Of a stretch of 64,000 nucleotides of DNA, positions 54,700 to 64,000 are shown one piece after another. How positions within the stretch are numbered: position 1 is the stretch's first letter; each line of letters opens with the position of its first letter. The notes beneath the pieces were generated by a model. That model made no database searches and had not been told where the DNA came from. It worked only from the letters and a program-made list of their open reading frames with translations. The translations under genes and the position numbers were made by a program. Source of the stretch: Eledone cirrhosa (Eukaryota); NCBI GenBank assembly GCA_964016885.1, contig OZ024742.1, forward strand, positions 157,666,001 to 157,730,000, written 5' to 3'.

Positions 54700-55970
54700 T
54701 TGCCATTTATTTGAATCACTCTTGTGAAGATATTTACGTAACTTTCACTTGTCTTTGCATTTAGATGTAGATAATACAGTGAAACAAAGACGAGTACAGT
54801 TAGCCAGCGCAAGGTCACTAGAGTCCTCTGCCCAATGTCAGCAAATACATCAAAACGACCGGAAGAGAGCTGCTGCACGGAGGACGAAAGTCACAAGAGG
54901 CAAGGGGAAAACGGTTAGAACAATTACGTCAACAAAATGCAATCCACAGGAGCCAAGAGTCAAAAATGGAAAGAGAAAAACGTTTAAAGGATGCAAGACA
55001 AAGACAAGCTGCCAGAGTGGCCAATGGGACAATAGGTCAGCGAGAGTTTAGACAGAGAACAAATCAGGGGCAAACAGTTGCTGCAAGACTTCCCCAATAC
55101 TCAGAAGAAAGAAGTTAGCGTCTTCATCAAGATAGGCTGAATACAAAAGTGTTGCACGTTTCACGGGGACTTGGAAAAGATTAGGTTTCAACTATGATCC
55201 AAAACGAATATTCTACATAGAAATTGATAGATACTGGAACTATGTCAAAACAGTACAATTGTTGTATAATAAAGACATGGGAAAGAAAAACCACCACTAT
55301 GTGTTGTGTGGGGAGGAACGCTTGTATTATCGACGTTCGGTACATCCGCAGATACTTTGAAGGCATTGTTTTGGAGAAACACACCAATAAGCATGCACAT
55401 CTTGAAACACATTAGGAATTATACTTCTGCCTCCTTTGGTAGCAATATTATAAGAGAAGAGAACATGAAGCCAACTTTTAAAGTTCAAGATCAAGTATAC
55501 CATTGTATTGGCAACTGAAGGCAAAAATACTCAGTTTGTACAACTGTTTTTTGTGGCAAATTAGAAGGAACAGGCCTTGCAACATGCACTTTCTCAAAAT
55601 GAAACTACCCTTACTGTCATTTTTTAGTTGTGTCAAGAAGATGAAAATGTAAGAAAACTCCTTTACCTAGAATTACCGAAGTATTACACCTGGAGAAACA
55701 GTACTCGTCACAAGTGGTAACCTGGGGCTGACGCTCTTGCAAGAGTTTACAGCGTCTACCCAAGCCAAGTAGAATGCTACTACTTACGGATAAGTTTGCA
55801 TGAAGTACGTTGCCCCAAATCATTACGAGATTTGAGGAGAGTAAATGGTCATGCGTGTAAAACTTATAGGGAAGCATGCTATCAACAAGGTTTTTTTTAG
55901 AAAAGGATGAGCATTAGGACCTTGCATTGACTGAAGCATCAGTGTCAGATTATCCAAGGAAACTCCGTAA
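54700..55970 (+). mobile_element. Degenerate Helitron RepHel remnant
   Basis: IRNY..SFGSNI..MKPTFKVQDQVYHCIG, and LCQEDENVRKLLYLELPKYYTW..LARVYSVYP..ECYYLR..VNGHACKTYREACYQQG. Both are typical of Helitron RepHel regions flanking the Rep domain. Confidence 0.75.
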
Positions 55971-57006
55971 TAATATATTATATATATATATATATATATC
56001 AACCTCACATTAGTAGTTAACCCTAAAATAGTGAGATGTTTGTTTCAGAAATCTAACGGAAACAATCAGGTGATTGTTCTATTTATTATTTTATTAGTTT
56101 CAAGCAAATTTGTTATAGATTAAGATAAAGTAACTTACGGGCTTTCGTAATAGCATATTATATTGAGATGTCAAAACGCAGTGAGATCAACTTTGCCTTT
56201 GCTTCTTCTGGAATCGATAAATAAAATACTGCAGTCTACTTCAATGACTCACCAGTCCATCGAAATTCCTGATTTGTTATTACATTAGTAAACAATAGTT
56301 CACTTGTTGTAGTTGGTGGACTATTGTTACCATAGTTTTTTAATTGATCACACCGATCATGCTATGTATATATATATTTGAAAGTTTACATTACTGATTT
56401 TGGGAAAACACCTATTTGGCACGGAATAATACAAACACAGCCACGGACATATATCCACACTCACATACCTTAACATATATTGTAATGATTGAATAATGAA
56501 GAAAAAATATGGAATCCATGGTCCTGTAATTTTTCAGGGCTTTCAATGTTATTGGGAAGGGGGAGTAACAATACCATTAAGCGATAACAGAAAGTGAAAG
56601 CTTGCCATGAAGAGTATGTCCTCTTAAATGCCAGCTGAAGATGTTTATTTGCATATAATACAAAATAAAATAAAGTCTGGAGACGTTGACTTGCATATAA
56701 TGTGAGTAGGATGGGTGAAAGAGCAGTAGCTTTAACATAGAGTGGTTCATAATGGTGTGGTACATGACGTTTCATATTCCAAGAATCAAAATTTGTTTAA
56801 TCATATATGTTTGAGAGTGGGTGAATCACACTAATGATGTCCAAAATCCAAAACCAAAACACGATTCTGGTTTTTCCAGTTGCTACAGAGTTGTATCATG
56901 ATCACAGATTAAACCATCCAGCTGGACTTTTGCATGATTATTGAGCATCAACATGTGGTCTATGCCTTTATATATAACACTATTATTTATATAAACATAG
57001 GCGGGG

Positions 57007-57190
57007 GATTGGCAGTATCGGTAGAGGATCGGATGCCATGCTTTGAAGCATAGAGTTACCTCCCTGTATGATCTGAGTTCAAATCCCGCCGAGGTTAACT
57101 TTGCCTTTCATCCTTCCGGGGTAGATAGAATAAAGTACCAGTAATGCATTAGGTAATTGCTGGCCTTGTGCCAAAAGTAGAAACAATTAT
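57007..57190 (+). mobile_element. tRNA-derived SINE
   Basis: tctgagttcaaatcccgccgaggttaactttgcctttcatccttccggggtagatag..gtaccag. Confidence 0.8.
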
Positions 57191-59541
57191 TTATATAAAC
57201 ATATATATAACTTTATTTGAGCCCTCGTTATGTAGACATATATGTATTTTATATAACCTAAACCTCATGGCGGTCAGCATGTGTTTTCATCAGTACTCAG
57301 AATAAGATTATCGCATCTTATTGATCTCCACTTCGTCGATCTTCAGCTTTTGTGAAAAATATACATGCGTTTGTGGGCGCGTTTATATCATGTTCTGAAA
57401 TAAACTGTAATGGTTTTTTTTATATTTTTTTATAAACTAAACAAAACAACCATTGTGGAGGAGAGGGAATGTTGAGGTGTATGTTGCAATTTATTTGGGT
57501 TTGATATAGCACATGGATGTAAAGGGGAATTTTCACTCGATATCAGTCGATTTTCTTGACTGCTTAGCGAGTTCGGTGTGTTATCAATTATGCGGTACTC
57601 CAACGTGTGGCAATCCTGATGTCTGGTGGGTGTCTAGATATGTGTTGTCAGAAACAAAGGAAGAAAATTTGGCAGTGGAGGCAATGTTTCTATAATGCAC
57701 TCCTGGCATTATAGCAGGCGTTAGTATCTAATGAGGTATTCGATATTAGACTACTCTCAGCACTACACAGCCCACATTTCCTAGTTACGTTGGTAAAGCG
57801 TCTGCATTTTTATGCAATGCCTCAGCTGATACAGATTCCCCTGTCAGTCTCCAACCGTAACTTGATATTGTTATTATGTTGGTTTTCTTCCGGGAGAGGA
57901 ACGACGCCGTGTGATTATTATCAACTATCTAAACTACCGGTTTGTGAGACCGATATACTGCTTGATTCTGGGATTTTGCCTTGACTGGTGTCACATATGT
58001 TATAGCTTCTATTTTACAAGCTCCAACCAGACCACCCGTATCACTGTTTCTACAAGTGCATGCGACTAAGTTGATTAGTGGAGGCTTGCTGGTTAGTATA
58101 ATTTTGAAGTTGGACGTGGAGGTAAAACTGGTCTTAAGGGTGTTCAGTCGAATACCTTCCTCTATATATGAATAGCGCGGTGATGTTTGTGTATTAGAGC
58201 TGGGAATTGGGTTATACACAATGAATATCGTAGGAGAAGATTGTCAATGTGTATACGTCGTTCTATATATAGGTGATGGCCTAGAAATAATTTGTAATAG
58301 GAACGTAGCAACACAATACAGATTAAGAAAATATATTATACAAACCGTTAGTTCCTCAGATTTATACTTCCCGTTAAAAGCAAACCTGACCACTCAATAT
58401 TTCCTAGATATAATCCAAGACCTAAGGAGGGATGAATACAAACCATATAGAATACCGAAAGAGTGATTGCCTTCTATAATTGTTAGATCCTGCAACTCCT
58501 CACGTTCATAAGGAAAACCAAATTATGTCTGTGTGTCTGTGTGTGTTTGTGTGTGGGTGTGGGTGTATGTGTGGGTGTGTGTTGATATATTCACACCAAC
58601 ACAGTACTGACACAGACATACACACATATATGTTTATGAATGTATAATAGACAGGGAGAGCTACAGCGTTGAAGTAAGCGAAATAAATAAAGTGATTTAG
58701 TCTCTGAGTATATGCAGGTGAATTTCTACTTGCATATATTTGCTAAGTGGGTAACATCCTCTTCGCTTACGTCTATGTATTTGCGTGTATTTTTGTATAT
58801 GTATACTGGAGCAACATGAAGTAGTTCTTAAGTTCATTTTCGAAATTCCACTTCAATAAAGTATAATCAAAATATGATGGCGCATACTGCAGAAGAAAAA
58901 TTCGTTATAATGATGAAACCGTATTTATATGCCAAACTGTCAAAGGAGAGCGTAACATTCATTCAACTAAATCAAATATTGCTAGACTGCGAGCATAATC
59001 AAGACTGCAGTTATACATATTAGCGTTGTATCTATCGACCTGTGCCGCTTACTGTTCGGATCGACTTGCAAAGCCTGAGCAAACAGTTAGTTTGCTGCTA
59101 GAGTTGGCTAGATTCCAATACCGTTCCATAAAATAAGATAATATCTCCTATGTATAATCTAAGATAATCATATTGAACTCCTGTAATAATATAATCATAT
59201 TTTCCTCCTAAGATAAATTCTAATATTTGAATTAATTATATATCTTATGAGTAATAACGTTTCCTCTCTCTTCACACAAAATTCACATTTTTTAAATATA
59301 TATTTCACGTTCATGAGCACAAACGTACGCAGATATCGACTTACAGAGATACATGTTCGAGAGCGGAAAATATTTCTGTTTTGTGTGCAATATTTTGCAG
59401 ATGGACGCCCACAAACACGTACACACAAAGACAGAAATTCTCACAGTAACACGCACATATGGATCTTTGTCAAAATATTTTTGTTCATATGTGTATATGT
59501 ACGGGTACCGTTGTATGCTGTATTTCTGATTTCATATATAA

Positions 59542-59591
<50 letters not shown>

Positions 59592-59764
59592 ATCCAGCCT
59601 CCTGTCATTTCATTATAATATTTAACTCCGTAATAGCACCACCAACTACAAAAACAAAGACGGTTGAACTGCCTTACGTTGAGTACTCTCTATATTATTG
59701 CATTACGATTGACCATAAGGAATGGACCAGCTCTATACAGTGGTAAACCTCAAACCTGAATATA

Positions 59765-59870
<106 letters not shown>

Positions 59871-59943
59871 CATATACAGATATATATATAGTGAAATAAG
59901 ACAGCAAGGACGGTTGGTTACTCCTTCATTACGTTTATTGGTT

Positions 59944-60028
59944 GGTGACACGCGTTTCGCCAGTGATCAACTCAAGGTTCGATCTGTATCGATCTGACCC
60001 GACTCTGTGATCCGCGGTTCCTCAGACC
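59944..60028 (-). ncRNA. Hammerhead motif (inverted arm)
   Basis: rc: ggt-CTGAGGA-acc..ggc-GAAA-cgcgt-GTC-acc. Confidence 0.6.
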
Positions 60029-60058
60029 CCTTGTAATTTTTCCATTACCATTACAAGC

Positions 60059-60143
60059 GGTCTGACGAGCCGCGGAATACACAGTCGAGTGAGAACGATA
60101 CATATAAAACCTTGAGCTGATCAGTGGCGAAACGCGCGTGACC
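60059..60143 (+). ncRNA. Hammerhead motif (cleavage triplet mutated to GTG)
   Basis: ggt-CTGACGA-gccgc..gtggc-GAAA-cgcgc-GTG-acc, then AATAAA. Confidence 0.6.
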
Positions 60144-60296
60144 AACAAATAAACGTAATGAAGGAGTAACCAATCGTCGTTGTTGTCTTATTTCAGTATA
60201 ATACACTATGTCTAGCTCTACACCTCGACATCGAAGTCAACCTAAACATCTAGTGCTCACCCGGGTGAAACTACAGTAACTCCACGTTACACTCTT

Positions 60297-60345
<49 letters not shown>

Positions 60346-60375
60346 TGTGGTTACACAACAGTTAGTTCACCATAC

Positions 60376-60413
60376 CGAGAACAATTGTTTCACCTTAGCG
60401 GATCCTCAGCTCG
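60376..60413 (-). ncRNA. Minimal type I hammerhead in a ~115-bp insert between (TA)n tracts
   Basis: rc: cgag-CTGAGGA-t-cc-gctaa-gg-t-GAAA-caatt-GTT-ctcg. Confidence 0.75.
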
Positions 60414-60458
60414 TAATGGACATGGTTATACTACGGATATTACCTTCCAGTGATCTAC

Positions 60459-60636
<178 letters not shown>

Positions 60637-61962
60637 GCATGGAGAAGATGGTTTGGCATCAGAGGTGATGAAGAGGTGTGATTTTGATGATATCATCCTG
60701 GAGATCTGTAACCAGTCACTAGAGAAAGGAGTTGCCCCGAGTCAGTGGAGGATCAGTAACATCCTCCCAGTGCCATAGAAGGGAGATCTCTCTAACACCA
60801 ACAACTACAGGGGGATATCACTGACGTCACATGTGAAAAATACGCTCAACAGGATGATTCTTAACAGCATCTAGCCCGAGATGGAGAAGAAGCTCAGGGA
60901 CAACCAGAACGGCTTCAGAGAGGGAAGATCAACCACCTGTCACATCCTGATGCTGAGGAGTATATTAGAGGGAGCTAGAGCAAACTGCCTTCCTGCTGTC
61001 ATGGTGTTTATTGACTTTAGGAAGGCCTTTGATTCTGTGGACCGTTACTGCCTGATGAAGATCTTACAGGCTTATGCTATCCCCAAGAAGATAGTGGACC
61101 TGATATCACTGGTCTACACCAACACCAAAGCCCAAGTCATTACACCTGATCGGATGACGGAGTTCTCTGAGATACTGGCTGGAGTTCTCCAGGGAGATAC
61201 ATTGGCTCCCTACCTTTTTATCATCGCAGTGAAATATTGAATGCATCTTGCACTGGAGAAACACCAAGACTCTGGATTTACTGTAACACTGGCTCACAGC
61301 AGGAGAGTTAAGGCGAAACATATATCGGATGCTGAATTTGCTGACGACATAGTTCCGGTGACAAACACAATTTAAGGAGGCAGAGGCATTGATGCAGGAG
61401 GTAGCGACTGTATCAATGGGTGCTTGGAATGAATGAGATTAAGACGAAGTATCTGGTAGAGAATATTAAGAAGCCAAATAGGATTACTAATGTAGGTGGG
61501 AAGCCGCTAGAATTTGTTGAGGAGTTCCTGTACCTGGGAGCATAGATTGGAAATGCAGAAGATGATGTGGTCCAGAGGAAGAGAAAAGCCTGGGCGGCAT
61601 GTCACAGTTTGAGACCAGTGTGGAAGTCGGACCTTCGTAAAGACCTAAAGATGTGTCTCTTCGTTGGTGTAGTGGAGTATGTGCTACTGTACGGGTCTGA
61701 GATTTGGACACTGACCAAGACACTTACTCAGATGGTGGATGGGTGCTACACAAGAATGCTGAGGATGGCTCTGAATATTAATCAGTATACACTGAGGATG
61801 AAGAACTTAGAGCTGTGCGGGAGCCTCCAAAAAGTCAGCTCGAGAGTAGCACAGAGGTGATTGAGGTTAGCTGAACATGCTCACCGACATCCTGAGTTGA
61901 CACTGCACTCAGTGCTCCTGTGGGAGCCACTTTATGGTGACACTGGAAGAAGGAGACCAAGG
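60637..61962 (+). mobile_element. RTE-type LINE reverse transcriptase region, pseudogenised
   Basis: NYRGISL..LRDNQNGFREGRST..VFIDFRKAFDSV..GVLQGDTLAPYLF..EFADD..EFLYLG..LLYGSEIWTLTK; contains stops and frameshifts. Confidence 0.92.
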
Positions 61963-62479
61963 GAAGTTATTGGGGGAAGATAGAGTAGAAAAGGAAGAGA
62001 GAAAGAAGGGGAGAGGGAGAGAGATAGATAGATATGCAGGGTTTGGAGAAATGGGAGAGAGTGGTTTGTAGAATACAGATATCTTAATCAAAATGTTGAG
62101 GTAGGGGTTTTATTATACTGGTTACTCTCAAAGCGACAACCTTAAGCGATGGGTTGATAGTTAAGGTTGGAATTATTTATTGCCACAGAGGGCAGGTTCA
62201 TAGATGTGGAGAGGGAGGGAGGTGGAACGAGGGCGAGAGATAGATAGATAGAGAGAGAGACAGAGAGAGAGAGAGAAAGAGAGGGGAATAGAGAGAGAGG
62301 AAGAGATAGAGGTAGAGAGGGGACAGAGGAAAGCTATGATGTGGGTGTACATTGAGTTCATAGTTGTAGACTACAAATTGCACTTAAGTATCCATTTATA
62401 GTGATAAGCAGTGTATTGTCTTGTAGTGTTGGGGATATATTTAAGAAGTTGTTATTGAGAGAAAATAGTTAGCGAGAAA

Positions 62480-64000
62480 GCAATGTTACAGTTACGGGTT
62501 CGAATGTTATGTTATAGTGAGATAATGTAGCTTTCAGTTTGTGTTTGCAGTATAATGATCATTCGATTCTGTCATTTAGTAATTTATCTTTGGATTTTAA
62601 GATGTAAAAGAGTTCAAGGTTACATAACCTGCAGTACTTCAATCCACTCCGATATGCACTAGCGCTGGAAAGTATATCCCATTTCAATGTGAACTGTTGG
62701 TTGCGTTCACGGAGTTGCCAGGTCTTGTTGTGTGGTCACAAAACGGTGATTAGGATGTTTAATTGAGAATCGATGACGATACCAGCGAGATTTAAAGGAG
62801 ATAGTGGGAGACCCGATGTAATACCATTTCTGGTCGTTCGATTCAGCAGTGCATTGATAAACAATGTTGGACTTTAGGCATTTATTCTTCAATGGACATC
62901 TTTCAGGTAGGTGGCAGTAACAGGTTTTATTGTGGGTAGCAGGTATACCATGGATAGGTTGGGATGTATAATACCCGTCTCCCATTTAGTGTTTGGGAGG
63001 CCGATACTACGTTATGCTCATCTGTTATTAAAATATTTTGTTTTGTAGTGTTGTTTAATTGCTTCAAGCTAAGTTTTTTTATGTATGCTTCAAGGTTTGG
63101 TGCAGTGGAGTATGATAGCTTAATAGTCTCAGAGTTCAGAATTTTACTGTATTTATGGGAACTAGGGAAATGCTTGTTGATTAACTTAAAGAATAAAAGA
63201 GATATTTTGTACTAATCGAAGCATTAGAAATGGAGTTATACCAGATATACTTTCTACAACGTGATTTATTTGGTGATGATTTTCTATTATTAGTATGTCT
63301 GGTGGTACTGCGTGTGTGCGCTTGTATTTCTGTACCCTGGTTACGTATTCTTTGATTTCGTGTAGAGCTATGTGTGTTATGGAGATTCTTATCAATGTAT
63401 TCTATTTTATCCAGGTGGTCGGCATTCCTTAATGCATTATTATAGTATTCAGCATGTTCACTGAAAATCTCAGAGTTATACGATAGGCGAGAGATTCTAA
63501 GAGAAATACTACGGGGAACCGATTTGATCATGGAAAGTGGGTGGTTTGAGTTAAAATTGATATAGGTAAGGTTCTAATTTATCTCGTGGAAGGGTCGTAT
63601 CAGTCCGGTATTTAAATTAAGAGTTACGTCTAGAAAATTTACTACTTTAAGATTGTATTCGAACGTTATGTTTAGACCCAGTTCAATAAAAGATTTTCTA
63701 ATGTTTTTCCGTAGTCTTCCAAGATTTTGGTTATTTAAGTTATTAACTAATAATCTCTATATATTCCCCCATGTAGATTACTAAATTTTCCCTGTAGTAT
63801 GTGGGCTATGTAGATTCCCACAAGATCCGTGACCTCCGATGAGTTGTTGGAGCCCATGGTAATGTCGAAGTTTGTGGGTATGTCCTTACGTTCCCAGTAG
63901 CAGTTATCAAACTTGATAATAGTTTTCCTAGCCTCTAGAATAATATTAATTTCGTTCTTCGTTAGGTCGGAATTGACTTTGGCAAACGATAGGGCCTTAC
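62480..64000 (-). mobile_element. Penelope-like element (RT end plus GIY-YIG), frameshifted, runs off the window
   Basis: NFDITMGSNNSSEVTDLVGIY; FLDVTLNLNTG..NHPLSMIKSVPRSISLRISRLS; CYCHLPERCPLKNKCLKSNIVYQC..WYYIGS..FKSRWYRH. Confidence 0.9.

Larger units (their letters stand above)
59890..60300. mobile_element. Head-to-head inverted pLTR-like element (arms ~59890-60037 and ~60050-60198) with two divergent hammerheads
   Basis: Arms are diverged reverse complements; flanked by (TA)n. Confidence 0.85.

Noticed and set aside
57070-57100. gagttcaaatccc as a tRNA gene
   Set aside because: It is the B-box of a SINE; no cloverleaf.
57500-58480. Possible decayed LINE ORF1/gag region
   Set aside because: No intact zinc knuckle or other diagnostic motif is readable.

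Overview
AT-rich eukaryotic (animal) DNA made almost entirely of repeats, with no recognisable intact host gene; most listed ORFs are microsatellite translations. The tRNA-like SINE family and dense (TA)n/(CA)n/(GA)n tracts suggest a cephalopod (Octopus-like) genome, which is an inference. The window holds degenerate Penelope-like retroelements (PLEs; RT plus GIY-YIG), RTE-type and CR1-type LINE fragments, a Helitron remnant, an internally deleted Hsmar2-like mariner, SINEs and a 200-N gap. The main signal is RNA-level: about 15-20 type I hammerhead ribozyme (HHR) motifs from roughly ten unrelated repeat families. These include a young non-coding tandem array of ~556-bp units with one HHR each (retrozyme-like, 11.4-13.8 kb) and a family with a U3-A8 core variant. 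Many insertions sit in (TA)n tracts as head-to-head inverted structures, consistent with priming from both target strands. All folds were read by eye, and coordinates of degenerate elements are approximate.
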